A DNA stretch of 64,000 nt from Chloroflexota bacterium. GTDB taxonomy: Bacteria > Chloroflexota > Dehalococcoidia > UBA2979. Positions 16,328-26,551 of the stretch are shown here, piece by piece. The number at the start of each line of letters is the position of its first letter. The first letter of the stretch is position 1. Where the stretch lies: the NCBI GenBank assembly GCA_027593235.1, contig JAQCIU010000006.1, positions 1 through 64,000 of the forward strand, read 5' to 3'. The notes under the pieces were generated by a model. It was not told where the DNA came from, did no database searches, and saw nothing but the letters and a program-made list of their open reading frames with translations. A program made the translations under genes and the position numbers.

Positions 16328-19300
16328 ATGACCACATTCGACCCGGTCGCCTCGCGGGTGGCGTTCCCGGAGCTCGAGGCGTCGATCCTCGACTTCTGGC
16401 GCGAACACGACATCTTCAAGCGCAGCGTCGATGAGCGGCCCGCTGACAAGATCTTCTCGTTCTACGAGGGGCCGCCGACGGCGAACGGCAACCCCGGCAT
16501 CCACCACGTCCTCGCACGCGCGTTCAAGGACGTGGTGCCTCGCTACCGCACGATGCGCGGCTACCGCGTGCCTCGGAAAGGTGGCTGGGACACCCACGGC
16601 CTGCCCGTGGAACTGGAGGTCGAACGTGAACTGGGCCTGACCAGCAAGCGCGAGATCGAGTCCTACGGCGTCGAGGCGTTCAACCAGAAGTGCCGCGAAT
16701 CGGTCTTCCGCTATGTCTCCGAGTGGGAACGGATGACCGATCGGATCGGCTTCTGGGTCGACATGGACCACGCCTACGTCACGTATTCCAACGAGTACAT
16801 CGAAACCGGCTGGTGGATCTTCAAACGGCTCTGGGACAACGAGCTGATCTTCCAGGATTTCCGCGTCACCCCGCACTGCCCACGCTGCGACACGAGCCTC
16901 TCCAGCCACGAGATCGCGCAGGGCTACGAGGAGAACACACCCGATCCCGGCGTCACGGTGCGCCTCCGCCTCCCCGCCGGATCGACCGCGCCGGCCTCGC
17001 TCCGCCTCGAGGATGGCGTCGCCACCTCGCTGCTCGCCTGGACGACCACGCCGTGGACGCTCTCCGGCAACACGGCGCTCGCGGTGCTCCCCACCGCGGA
17101 GTACGCGCTCGTCGAGATCGCCCGCGAGGACGAGGCGACGGAGCGCGTCGTGCTGGCGAACGCCCTCGTCACGAGCGTTGTCGGCGAGGACGGCAGCGTC
17201 CTCGGTACCGTGCCCGGCACGGACCTGCTCGGCCTCCAGTACGAGGCGCTCTACCCGCAGGCCGCCGAGTGGGTCGAGCCGCTGGCCTTCGTCAACGGGC
17301 GGACGCAACGCCTGAAGGACGGCGACGCGCTCCCGGTGCGGCGGGTGATCGCTTCGGACGAGGTCACCACCGACGAGGGCACGGGCATCCTCCACGTCGC
17401 ACCCGCGTTCGGTGAAGCCGACTACGCGATGGGCCGTGCCGAGGGCTTGATGTTCCTGCAGCCGGTGCGTTCGAACGGCACGCTGATCGGCGGTCCGGGT
17501 GACGGCGTCTTCGCGAAGACCGCGGACCCCGCGATCACCGCGGATTTGCGCGAGCGCGGACTGCTCTTCAAGTCGGAGACGATCCGCCACACCTACCCGT
17601 TCTGCTGGCGCTGCGGTACCGCCGTCCTCTATTACGCCAAGCCCTCCTGGTACATCCGCACCACGGCCGTCGCCAGCAACCTGGTCGAGCACAACCAGCA
17701 GATCCACTGGGTGCCGGAGAACATCAAGAACGGTCGCTTCGGCGAATGGCTCGAGGGCAACGTCGACTGGGCCGTCTCGCGCGAGCGCTACTGGGGCACG
17801 CCGCTCCCGCTCTGGGTCTGCGAGATCTGCGAGCACGCCGAGTGCATCGGCTCCTTCGAGGAACTGCGCGAGCGAGCGCGTCCCGGCACCGCCGACTCTC
17901 TCGAGACGGAGCACGGCTTCGACGCCCACCGTCCCTACGTGGACGGCGTCCAGCTTGGCTGCACGCGCTGCAACGGCACGATGCGCCGCACGCCAGAGGT
18001 CGCCGACGGCTGGTTCGACTCCGGCGCGATGCCCTACGCCCAGTGGCACTACCCGTTCGAGAACCAGGACGTGTTCGACGAGCGCTTCCCCGCCGACTTC
18101 ATCTGCGAGGCCGTCGACCAAACGCGCGGCTGGTTCTACACGCTGCACGCCCTGGCGACGTTGCTGCATCGCACGGAGGACGTGCCGGAAGGCATCGCCT
18201 ACCGCAACGTGATCAGCCTCGGCCACATCCTCGACGGCGCCGGCCAGAAGATGTCCAAGTCGAAGGGCAACGTCATCGATCCGTGGACCGTGCTCGACCA
18301 CCACGGCGCTGACGCGATCCGCTGGTACATGTACACGGCGTCGCCTCCCGGCAACGCGCGGCGGTTCTCCGAGGAACTGGTCGCGGAGACGGTGCGGCGC
18401 TTCCTCTCCACGCTCTGGAACACCTACTCATTCTTCGTCACCTACGCGAACCTCGCGGACTTCGATCCGTCCGCGCCCGCCACGCCGGACGAGGTGCCGA
18501 CGGAGCTAGATCGCTGGGTCCGCTCCGAGCTGCACCGCACCGTGCAACGGGTGACCGAGGGCCTCGAGGCCTACGAGCTGTCCGAGGCGGCCCGCCCGAT
18601 CGAGCAGTTCGTCGAGGGCCTGTCGAACTGGTACGTCCGTCGCAGCCGCCGCCGCTTCTGGCGCTCGGGCGACGACGCGGACAGTCGCGTCGCGCTCCGC
18701 ACGCTCTACGAATGCCTCGTCACCGTTTCGCGGTTGCTCGCACCGTTCACGCCGTTCGTCGCGGAGTCGCTGCACCGCAACCTCGCCGCGAGCCACCTGC
18801 GTGGCGCCGCCGATTCAGTCCACCTCGAGGACTGGCCGGCGGTCGATGAATCTGCGATCGACGAGACGCTCTCCGAGGAGATGGCGGCCGTTCAGCGGAT
18901 GGTCTCGCTCGGCCGCGCCGCGCGATCCTCGGCGCAAGTGCGCGTGCGCCAACCGCTCGGTTCCGCGGTCCTGGTACCGAGGAACGCCACCGAACGCGGC
19001 GCGCTCGAACGCCTCGCCTCGTTGATCGCCGACGAGTTGAACGTGAAAGCCGTGCAGGTCGTCGAGGATGGCGGCGACCGCGTGTCCTACACGCTGCGAC
19101 CGAACCTGCCGGTGCTGGGGCCGAAGTTCGGCAAGGACGTCGGCAAGATCCGTGGCGCCCTCGGCAACGCTGACGCGGCGGCGATCGTCCGTGCGATGCG
19201 TGCCGGCGAGCCGATCCGCCTTGGCGAGTTTGAACTCGGTGGCGGCGACATCCTCGTCGGCGTCGAAGCCGCCGAGGGCTGGGCTGCCGCTGAGGATGGC

Positions 19301-19624
19301 GGTTACGTCGCGCTGCTCGACACGACGATCACGCCGGAACTGCGCTCCGAGGGCTTCGCCCGCGAGCTGGTGCGCCGCCTCCAGGACCTGCGCCGCGAAG
19401 CTCGCCTGGACGTCTCGGACCGCATCGAGGTTCGCTACCACGCGGCTGTCGACGCCCCAGCGGTGGAGCAGGCGTTCGCGACCCACGGCGGCTACATCGC
19501 GGAGGAGACGCTCGCGCTGAGCATGCAGGCCGGCGGCGCGGACAGCGGTTGGGCCTCGGTGGACGCGACGATCGACGGGTTGGACGTGACGCTGGCGCTG
19601 CGCAAGAGCGGGACGACCGCCTAG
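16328..19624 (+). CDS. ileS: Isoleucine-tRNA ligase, type 2
   Basis: EGPPTANGNPGIHH, GWDTHGLPVE, DWAVSRERYWGTPLP, DQTRGWFY, KMSKS, and an IleRS2-type C-terminus (EGFARELVRRLQDLR). GGAGG precedes ATG 16328. Confidence 0.97.
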   Translation: MTTFDPVASRVAFPELEASILDFWREHDIFKRSVDERPADKIFSFYEGPPTANGNPGIHHVLARAFKDVVPRYRTMRGYRVPRKGGWDTHGLPVELEVERELGLTSKREIESYGVEAFNQKCRESVFRYVSEWERMTDRIGFWVDMDHAYVTYSNEYIETGWWIFKRLWDNELIFQDFRVTPHCPRCDTSLSSHEIAQGYEENTPDPGVTVRLRLPAGSTAPASLRLEDGVATSLLAWTTTPWTLSGNTALAVLPTAEYALVEIAREDEATERVVLANALVTSVVGEDGSVLGTVPGTDLLGLQYEALYPQAAEWVEPLAFVNGRTQRLKDGDALPVRRVIASDEVTTDEGTGILHVAPAFGEADYAMGRAEGLMFLQPVRSNGTLIGGPGDGVFAKTADPAITADLRERGLLFKSETIRHTYPFCWRCGTAVLYYAKPSWYIRTTAVASNLVEHNQQIHWVPENIKNGRFGEWLEGNVDWAVSRERYWGTPLPLWVCEICEHAECIGSFEELRERARPGTADSLETEHGFDAHRPYVDGVQLGCTRCNGTMRRTPEVADGWFDSGAMPYAQWHYPFENQDVFDERFPADFICEAVDQTRGWFYTLHALATLLHRTEDVPEGIAYRNVISLGHILDGAGQKMSKSKGNVIDPWTVLDHHGADAIRWYMYTASPPGNARRFSEELVAETVRRFLSTLWNTYSFFVTYANLADFDPSAPATPDEVPTELDRWVRSELHRTVQRVTEGLEAYELSEAARPIEQFVEGLSNWYVRRSRRRFWRSGDDADSRVALRTLYECLVTVSRLLAPFTPFVAESLHRNLAASHLRGAADSVHLEDWPAVDESAIDETLSEEMAAVQRMVSLGRAARSSAQVRVRQPLGSAVLVPRNATERGALERLASLIADELNVKAVQVVEDGGDRVSYTLRPNLPVLGPKFGKDVGKIRGALGNADAAAIVRAMRAGEPIRLGEFELGGGDILVGVEAAEGWAAAEDGGYVALLDTTITPELRSEGFARELVRRLQDLRREARLDVSDRIEVRYHAAVDAPAVEQAFATHGGYIAEETLALSMQAGGADSGWASVDATIDGLDVTLALRKSGTTA

Positions 19625-20808
19625 TCGCGGTCGTCCTCGGCACGTCGATCGGCGCGGCGGCGGTGGCGCGTCCGATCGATGTGGGATCCGTTATCGGAGA
19701 CGGCATCCTCTGGCTGCGGTCGGAGGGTGCCGGGGGGCAAGTGATCCTCTTCGTCCTCGGGCGCAAGCAGGAACCAGCGGACGATCTTCCAACCGGCGGA
19801 AACCCAGGATCGATCCTCGCGACCCTGGACGCGACCGTGCCGCGGGTGCTCATAGAGCACGTGCGGTACCTCGTTTGATATCTCGGCGCCCAGGATCAGG
19901 ATGTTGGCGCTCAGGAAGACCCAGAACAGCAACACCACCACGCTCCCCAGCGTGCCGTAGACCTGGTCGTAATTCGCAAAGTTCGCCAGGTAAAAGGTGA
20001 AGCCGTACTTCAACCACTCGAAGGCCGCGGCGGCGAAAAGCGCACCGGGCCACAGGTAGCGGAACCGCACGGTGCGGTTCGGCGCGAGCCAGTACAGCAA
20101 CGAGAAGGCGACGAAGGCGAGCACCATCGAGGTGCTGATCGTCGCGATCTCCCACACCCACACGAAGTCGCTGGCAAGCGGCAGGTCCTCCACACGTTTG
20201 CGGATAATCTGCCAGCCCGCGGAGATCACAACGCTCCCCAACACCGGCAACCCGAGGATCGGCAGCAGCGCGTAATCGATCAGCTTCCCGCGCAAGGCGG
20301 GCCGGCTCCGGCGCGCCTCGAAGGCGACGTTCAGCGCCGTGCGAAGCGACGCGGAGAGCGCACCAGCGGTCCAGATCACAGCCAGCAGCGACGCAAGCGC
20401 GAGCTGTGGCGCGTTCCGCGCCGTGCCCTCCACCGCCGTCGTCACATCGCCGGTCGGGATCGGCACCGCATCGGTCAGCGCGTTGATCACCCGCTGCTGG
20501 AGATCCACGTCGCGCAGCAACAGACCGAATACCGCCACGGTCAGGATCAGCAGCGGCAACAGCGAAAAGAGCGTGTAGTACGAGATCGCCGCCGCCATCT
20601 GCGTGCCACGGTCCTCGGCGAAGTTCTTGATCGCGCGACCGATCACGCGCAGCACCACCCCGCCCCAGTACCAGGGCGCGATCCGACGGCGCCGCGGGGC
20701 ATCGAGGGCCGGCGCGTCCAGCGGCGGTTCCAGCGGCGATTCCGCAGCGGAATCGCCCGACGTGGACCCGACGGCAGCGGGTATTTCGGCGAAGGCGGGA
20801 TCCGCCAC
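19621..20808 (-). CDS. YihY/virulence factor BrkB family membrane protein
   Basis: AAAISYYTLFSLLP, ALNVAF, LYWLAPN, YGTLGSVVVLLFW, LGAE. Confidence 0.92.
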   Translation of the reverse strand: MADPAFAEIPAAVGSTSGDSAAESPLEPPLDAPALDAPRRRRIAPWYWGGVVLRVIGRAIKNFAEDRGTQMAAAISYYTLFSLLPLLILTVAVFGLLLRDVDLQQRVINALTDAVPIPTGDVTTAVEGTARNAPQLALASLLAVIWTAGALSASLRTALNVAFEARRSRPALRGKLIDYALLPILGLPVLGSVVISAGWQIIRKRVEDLPLASDFVWVWEIATISTSMVLAFVAFSLLYWLAPNRTVRFRYLWPGALFAAAAFEWLKYGFTFYLANFANYDQVYGTLGSVVVLLFWVFLSANILILGAEISNEVPHVLYEHPRHGRVQGREDRSWVSAGWKIVRWFLLAPEDEEDHLPPGTLRPQPEDAVSDNGSHIDRTRHRRRADRRAEDDRD

Positions 20809-20912
20809 GAGGCTCCTCGTCCAACGAACGCCTCGACGGTGGGCGCACGCTTCGCGATCCTACAGAGGTAGCCCATCACATCCGATGGGTTCCCGCATCA
20901 GGGATCGTAGCA

Positions 20913-22067
20913 ATGCCCGGTCGTCCTCAACCTCGGCACATCGAGTATCGGCGCGTCGTCGTGAAGGTTGGCACCAACGTGCTGACCGCCGGGACGAGCG
21001 AACTGAACACCGCCGCCATGGCCTCGCTCGTCGAACAGATCGCCGCGATGCGCGAGCGCGGCATCGAGGTCCTGCTCGTCACCTCCGGTGCGATCGCCGC
21101 CGGACGCCACCGCGTCCAGGCCAGCGCCCGCGTTGGCGCGTTGCACCCGCGCGACGTGCAGGGACGGCAGGTCCTCGCCGCCGTCGGGCAAGGTCGCCTG
21201 ATGTCGCTCTGGGACGAACTGTTCGAACAGCACGACGTGGTGATCGCGCAGGCGCTACTGACCGCGATGGATCTCGCCGACCGCCTCAGCTACCTCAACG
21301 CCCGCAACACGCTCACCCGCCTCGTCGAACTCGGCGTCGTGCCCGTGATCAACGAGAACGACGTTGTCTCGGTCGAGGAGATCGATTCCCGCCACATCGG
21401 TGACAACGACCAGCTCTCGGCGCAGGTCGCCAACCTCGTCGACGCGGACCTGCTGCTGATCCTCACCGACATCGCCGGGCTCTACACGGCCGATCCCGCC
21501 CGCGATCCGGACGCGCGCCTGATCGAGGAAGTGCCGCACATCGACGCCGCGATCGTTAGTGCGGCGGCGGGCGCGCCCGGCGCGCGCGGCACCGGCGGCA
21601 TGCGCACGAAGATCGAGGCGGCGAAGCTCGCCACACAGCACGGCACCCACGTGATGATCGCGGACGGCCGCGCGCGTGACGTCGCGATCCGCGCCGCCGC
21701 CGGCGAACCGGTCGGCACCCACTTCCTCCCCGCCGGCGATCGCACCGAGAGCCGGCGCCGCTACCTGCTCTCCGGGCTGCAGGTACGCGGCCGCGTGATC
21801 GTGGACTCCGGGGCCGCCACCGCACTGCGCCACGGCGGGACCTCGCTGCTCCCCGCCGGCGTCACCGGCGCCAGCGGCGAGTTCGCGCGCGGTGATGTGG
21901 TGCACATCTACGCCGTCGACGGCGAGCACGTCGCTACCGGCGTCGCCAACTACGCCCGCGCCGAGGTGGAGCGCATCCGCGGCAAGCATTCGGATCAGAT
22001 CGTCAACGAGCTCGGCTACGAATACTCCGAAGAAATCGTCCACCGGAACAACCTGGTCCTCGTCTAG
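20913..22067 (+). CDS. proB: Glutamate 5-kinase with PUA domain
   Basis: VVKVGT, VTSGAI, AAVGQ, PVINEND, GDND.LSA, GTGGM.TK, C-terminal PUA domain. Confidence 0.96.
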   Translation: MPGRPQPRHIEYRRVVVKVGTNVLTAGTSELNTAAMASLVEQIAAMRERGIEVLLVTSGAIAAGRHRVQASARVGALHPRDVQGRQVLAAVGQGRLMSLWDELFEQHDVVIAQALLTAMDLADRLSYLNARNTLTRLVELGVVPVINENDVVSVEEIDSRHIGDNDQLSAQVANLVDADLLLILTDIAGLYTADPARDPDARLIEEVPHIDAAIVSAAAGAPGARGTGGMRTKIEAAKLATQHGTHVMIADGRARDVAIRAAAGEPVGTHFLPAGDRTESRRRYLLSGLQVRGRVIVDSGAATALRHGGTSLLPAGVTGASGEFARGDVVHIYAVDGEHVATGVANYARAEVERIRGKHSDQIVNELGYEYSEEIVHRNNLVLV

Positions 22068-22077
22068 GGGGCGCCGC

Positions 22078-22581
22078 ATGGCATCCAGCTACGACCACAT
22101 CACCGCCGAGCAACGCGCGCTGATCGAACGCGCACCGCTCTTCTTCATCGCCTCCGCGCACCGCGAACTGCAGCCCGGCCCCGCGGGCCAGGGCCCGGTC
22201 AACGTCTCGCCGAAGGGTGGCGTCCCACTCCACGTCATCGACGAACGGCACGTCGCCTACCTCGACTACACCGGGAGCGGCGACGAGACCGCCCGCCATG
22301 CCTCCTCGGACGGCCCGGTCACGGTGATGGTGATGTCGATCGACGGCCAGGACGCCGCGATCGTCCGCCTCTACGGTCGCGCTCGCGTCAGCCCGATCGA
22401 GGGCTCCCCGCTGGCGGAACGCCTGCTGGCCCAACCGGCGGCCTCGATTGAGCTGCCACAGCGCCAGGTCGTGGAGATCGAGGTGGAGTCGACCGCGACG
22501 AGCTGCGGCTACGGCGTGCCCGTCCTCGAGTTCCGCGCCGACCGCACCCGGTCGGAACGCGGCCGCCGCTATAAAGCCTGA
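22078..22581 (+). CDS. Pyridoxamine 5'-phosphate oxidase family (FMN split-barrel) protein
   Basis: FFIASA, VNVSPKG, YLDYTGSG.ET..H, IVRLYG, SCGYGVP. Confidence 0.88.
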   Translation: MASSYDHITAEQRALIERAPLFFIASAHRELQPGPAGQGPVNVSPKGGVPLHVIDERHVAYLDYTGSGDETARHASSDGPVTVMVMSIDGQDAAIVRLYGRARVSPIEGSPLAERLLAQPAASIELPQRQVVEIEVESTATSCGYGVPVLEFRADRTRSERGRRYKA

Positions 22582-22591
22582 CCGGCCGACC

Positions 22592-22624
22592 CCGTGATCG
22601 ACGCGACCGTGATCGACGCGACCG
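22592..22624. repeat. 15-bp direct tandem repeat (about 2.2 copies)
   Basis: CCGTGATCGACGCGA x2 plus CCG in the intergenic gap. Confidence 0.8.
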
Positions 22625-22664
22625 ACCTCGCCGTGCGCTCCGCGCCGAACACGCGAGGCACGCC

Positions 22665-23240
22665 ATGAATCGCCCGACGTTGCTGCTGATCAACGGTCAC
22701 CCGGGAACCGGCAAGACCGCGCTCGCCGCCTGGCTCGCCGCGGAGCTCCGGGTCCCGTGTGTGCGCAAGGATCTCTTCAAGGAGGCGCTCTACGACCATC
22801 GGATGCCCGCTGACCGCGAGCAGTCCCGCGACTACGGTCGCCTCGCCTACGCGCTGACGTTCCGGACCGCCGCCGCGCACCTCGGCTCCGGCGTTTCGAC
22901 AATCCTCGAGGCCCCGCTTCACCGCGAGTTCTCGCAGCACGAGATCGATCTCGTGGCCGCGGAGACCGGCGCGGCGCTCGCGCAGATCGTCCTCAGCGCC
23001 GCCTCGGGCGAACTGGAACGGCGGGAGTTGGCTCGCCGCGCCACCTCGGAACGTCACGCCGGGCACAGCGTCGGCTTCACGATCGAGGAGTTCCACTCAG
23101 TCGTCGTCCGCCCGATCGACGCGCCGGTCGTCGATCCAACCCTCGAAGTCGACACCACCGACTTCGCCGCGGTCGATCGGCAAGTGATCCTCTCCTGGGC
23201 TGGCGAACGGCTCGCGACCACAGGCCCGGCCGCCATGTAG
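22665..23240 (+). CDS. P-loop kinase (AAA_33-like)
   Basis: Walker A GHPGTGKT, KDLFKEALYD. Confidence 0.85.
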   Translation: MNRPTLLLINGHPGTGKTALAAWLAAELRVPCVRKDLFKEALYDHRMPADREQSRDYGRLAYALTFRTAAAHLGSGVSTILEAPLHREFSQHEIDLVAAETGAALAQIVLSAASGELERRELARRATSERHAGHSVGFTIEEFHSVVVRPIDAPVVDPTLEVDTTDFAAVDRQVILSWAGERLATTGPAAM

Positions 23241-23269
23241 GATCAGCGCCCAACCAACGAGGAGTCCCC

Positions 23270-23590
23270 ATGCCCGACTACCGGTTCGAGCGCGAGGCGC
23301 GCACCGCGCACTCCGAGCAGTGGGTGATCGAAACCACCGAACACTCGATTGGCCGCGTCGACATCCACTTCACCGGATCCGCCGCTCACGCCACCCTCGC
23401 CGTGCACGTCTCCGTCGACGACGCCGAGGTGCAGGCGCTGATCGCCGAGATCGATGAGCGCATCGTCCTTTCCGCCGATCCGTACCGCGAGGACTTCATC
23501 GTCACCGTCTGGCGCGGCGAGGAAGCCGGCGTCTATGCCGAAGAGGGCGCCGACGACGATGACGAAGCCGACGAAGATGCACCCGAGTAG
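23270..23590 (+). CDS. Acidic hypothetical protein upstream of dapB
   Basis: GAGGAG RBS, typical codon bias, ends 9 nt before dapB. Confidence 0.8.
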   Translation: MPDYRFEREARTAHSEQWVIETTEHSIGRVDIHFTGSAAHATLAVHVSVDDAEVQALIAEIDERIVLSADPYREDFIVTVWRGEEAGVYAEEGADDDDEADEDAPE

Positions 23591-23599
23591 GAGACCCGC

Positions 23600-24376
23600 A
23601 TGATCCGCGTCGTCATCAGTGGCACCGGACAGATGGGGACATTGATCCTCGAAGCGGTCGAGAACGCCGAGGACATGCAACCGGTCGGCATCCTCGAGCC
23701 GATCGCCCCCGCCGTCGACAGTCACACCGTGCTCGCGATGCACGCGGACCCGGGCCAGCTCTTCGAGGCGACGCACCCGGACGTGGTCGTCGACTTCACG
23801 AACGCGGCGGCGACGCCCGCACTGGTCGAGGCCGCCCTCGAACACGGGGTGCGCCTCGTGATTGGCACCAGCGGCGTGCCCGTCGAAACGGTCACGCGGC
23901 TACGCCACGGCTGCGCGGAGCAGGGCCTCGGCGCGGTGATCGCGCCGAACTTCGCGATCGGCGCCGTGATGCTGATGTACATGGCGCAGCTCGCCGCCCC
24001 CTACTTCGAGGCCGCCGAGATCATCGAACTGCACCACGATCGCAAGGTGGACGCACCCAGCGGCACCGGCCTCGCCACGGCCCGCCTGATGCGCGAGGCC
24101 CGGGGCAGCGACTTCAGCTACAACGTCCCGGAGTTGACCACCATTCCGGGCACCCGCGGTGGGGTCGAGGGCGGTATTCCCATCCACTCCGTGCGTCTGC
24201 CGGGCCTCGTCGCCCACCAGGAAGTGCTCTTCGGCGGCCAAGGCCAGACGCTCACGATCCGCCACGACACCACCGGTCGCGACTCGTTCGTACCGGGCGT
24301 CCTGCTCGCGATCCGCGAGGTGATGGAGCGCGACCACCTCGTCGAGGGTCTCGATCAGCTCGTCGGGCTCACCTAG
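23600..24376 (+). CDS. dapB: 4-hydroxy-tetrahydrodipicolinate reductase
   Basis: VDFT, VIGTSG, APNFAIG, ELHHDRKVDAPSGT, HSVRLPG..AHQEV. Confidence 0.97.
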   Translation: MIRVVISGTGQMGTLILEAVENAEDMQPVGILEPIAPAVDSHTVLAMHADPGQLFEATHPDVVVDFTNAAATPALVEAALEHGVRLVIGTSGVPVETVTRLRHGCAEQGLGAVIAPNFAIGAVMLMYMAQLAAPYFEAAEIIELHHDRKVDAPSGTGLATARLMREARGSDFSYNVPELTTIPGTRGGVEGGIPIHSVRLPGLVAHQEVLFGGQGQTLTIRHDTTGRDSFVPGVLLAIREVMERDHLVEGLDQLVGLT

Positions 24377-24501
24377 CCGGCCGTTCCAGGCGGGCCGTGC
24401 GGGCCGACCCTGCTCGCTCGGTGCGCCCGCGTCCCGGTAAGATCGCCGGCCGTGCCGTCGAATGACCGCGCGATCCAGCGCCGAGCCCAAGGAGCCGAGC
24501 C

Positions 24502-25521
24502 GTGCCGAATGTGGCAGTCATCGGAGCAACAGGTGCCGTGGGGGACGTCTTCCTCCGCGTCGCCGAACAGCGTGAATTCCCGATCGGGGAGCTCAAGCTC
24601 CTCGCGACCGCACGCTCCGCTGGCAAGCAGCTCAAGTTCCGCGGCCAGCTCATCACCGTCGAGGAGACCAGCGAAGCCGCCCTCGCCAATGCCGACGTGG
24701 TCTTCTGCTCCGCCACCTCCGAGGCTTCGCGGCACTGGGGTCCGATCGTGCGCGCCAATGGTGGCGTGATGATCGATGACGGTTCCGCCTACCGCATGGA
24801 AACCAACGTCCCGCTGGTCGTCCCGGAAATCAACGGCGACGACCTCGAATGGCACGAGGGCATCGTCTCGATCCCCAACTGCACGACCACACCGATGGTG
24901 TTGGCATTGCACGCGATGAAGAGCGTCGCCACGCCGGTGCGCGTCACCGCCGCCACCTACCAGGCCGTCACCGGCAGCGGCTCCGCGGCCGCCGCTGAAC
25001 TGCGCGCTCAAATCGGGGCGATCGGGCGCGGCGAGGCCGTGCCCGCACCGACCGTGTACCCGCAGCAGATCGCGATGAACGTCCTCCCCCAGGTGGATGA
25101 CTTCGACGCGGACGGCTACACCAAGGAAGAACTGAAGATGCGCAACGAGACGCGCAAGATCCTGCACCAGCCGGATCTGCCCATTGCCACCACCTGCGTA
25201 CGCGTCCCCACCCTGATCGGCCACGCCGAGGTCGTGCACGCCGAGTTCGACCGCCCGGTCGATCTCGCCGCGTTGCACGCCGCGCTCGCCGCGCAGTCCG
25301 GCATCGTGATCGGCGAAGGTCCCGAGGACTACGCGACCCCGTTGCAGGCCGAGGGGAACGACCTCACTCATGTCGGGCGGCTGCGACCGGATCCCACGGT
25401 CCCGGACGGCCGCGGCATCGTCTTCTGGTGCGTCAGCGACAACCTCCGCAAGGGCGCCGCGACCAACGCGATCCAGATCGCCGAAGAGCTGATCGCACGG
25501 AATCTGCTCAAGCGTTCGTAA
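24502..25521 (+). CDS. asd: Aspartate-semialdehyde dehydrogenase
   Basis: GATGAVG, PLVVPEIN, PNCTT, TYQAVTGSG, EE.KM..ETRKI, TCVRVP, DNLRKGAA.N. Confidence 0.97.
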   Translation: MPNVAVIGATGAVGDVFLRVAEQREFPIGELKLLATARSAGKQLKFRGQLITVEETSEAALANADVVFCSATSEASRHWGPIVRANGGVMIDDGSAYRMETNVPLVVPEINGDDLEWHEGIVSIPNCTTTPMVLALHAMKSVATPVRVTAATYQAVTGSGSAAAAELRAQIGAIGRGEAVPAPTVYPQQIAMNVLPQVDDFDADGYTKEELKMRNETRKILHQPDLPIATTCVRVPTLIGHAEVVHAEFDRPVDLAALHAALAAQSGIVIGEGPEDYATPLQAEGNDLTHVGRLRPDPTVPDGRGIVFWCVSDNLRKGAATNAIQIAEELIARNLLKRS

Positions 25522-25637
25522 CCAGCCGGCGCGTGACGCCGGGACGAACATCGGGCTGATACGATTCCGCCGACATCCGGCGCGCACGCTTCCAGCACCC
25601 ATGCGCGGCACCGGATCGGCTCCACTGGGGGGTTCTG

Positions 25638-26543
25638 ATGACCGCTGAAGTTGGCCGTCTGGTGACGGCGATGATCACGCCAATGACTACCGAGGGCGAG
25701 GTTGACCTCGCCCAGACCGCCGAACTCGCGCGGGCGCTCGTCGCCTCCGGAACCGACAGCATCGTCGCGACCGGCACCACCGGCGAGGCACCGACCCTCA
25801 GTGACGCCGAACAGTTCGAGGTGTGGCGCACCGTCAAAGCCGCCGTCGGCCCGAACGTCGCCGTGATCGCCGGCGCGACCGACAACAACACCGCCGCATC
25901 CATCACCCGTGCGAAGGCAGCCGCCGACCTGGGGATGGACGGACTGCTACTCACGGTCCCCGCGTACAACAAGCCCACACAAGCCGGCTTGATCGCTCAC
26001 TTCACCGCGATCGCCGCGGCCACGTCGCTCCCGTGCATGCTCTACAACGTGCCATCGCGCACTGCCTCGAACATGACCGCCGAAACGACGCTCGCGCTGG
26101 CGGACCTCCCGAACGTGTTTGGCATCAAAGAGGCGAGCGCCAGCCTCGAACAGATCGCGCACATCATCGAGCACGCCCCCGAGGGATTCCGCGTCTGGTC
26201 CGGCAACGACGGCGATACGCTCCCGATCCTCGCGATCGGTGGGTTCGGCGTCGTCTCGGTCGCGTCACACCTCGCCGGCAAGCAGATCTCCGAGATGATG
26301 GCGGCCGCAGTCGCCGGCGATCTGGCGCGCGCCGGTGCCATCCACCGCCGGCTGATGCCGCTTGTCGACGCGCTGTTCTACGAGAGCAGCCCACAGCCGC
26401 TGAAATACGCGCTCAACCACCTGGGCTTCACCGTCGGCACGCCACGGCTGCCGCTGGTCGAGGCCTCGGCAGGTGCGCAGGCGCTCGTCCGCACCGAGCT
26501 GACGAGGCACCAGATCGACCTCCCAATCCCGGCGACGGCGTAG
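25638..26543 (+). CDS. dapA: 4-hydroxy-tetrahydrodipicolinate synthase
   Basis: TAMITP, GTTGEAPTL, YNKP, YNVPSRT, GIKEAS, SGND. Confidence 0.96.
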   Translation: MTAEVGRLVTAMITPMTTEGEVDLAQTAELARALVASGTDSIVATGTTGEAPTLSDAEQFEVWRTVKAAVGPNVAVIAGATDNNTAASITRAKAAADLGMDGLLLTVPAYNKPTQAGLIAHFTAIAAATSLPCMLYNVPSRTASNMTAETTLALADLPNVFGIKEASASLEQIAHIIEHAPEGFRVWSGNDGDTLPILAIGGFGVVSVASHLAGKQISEMMAAAVAGDLARAGAIHRRLMPLVDALFYESSPQPLKYALNHLGFTVGTPRLPLVEASAGAQALVRTELTRHQIDLPIPATA

Positions 26544-26551
26544 CCCCGGGC

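Noticed and set aside
16250-18304. Long antisense or alternate-frame ORFs (e.g. 16250-18304, 33028-34335, 34368-35636, 43289-44578, 56138-57481)
   Set aside because: Shadow ORFs of well-identified genes, expected at high GC with strong third-position bias; no recognisable motifs.
22592-22624. 15-bp tandem repeat as a regulatory array
   Set aside because: Only two copies; most simply a slippage duplication.
24377-25637. Lysine riboswitch in the dap cluster gaps
   Set aside because: The intergenic gaps (about 115-125 nt) are too short and lack the motifs.
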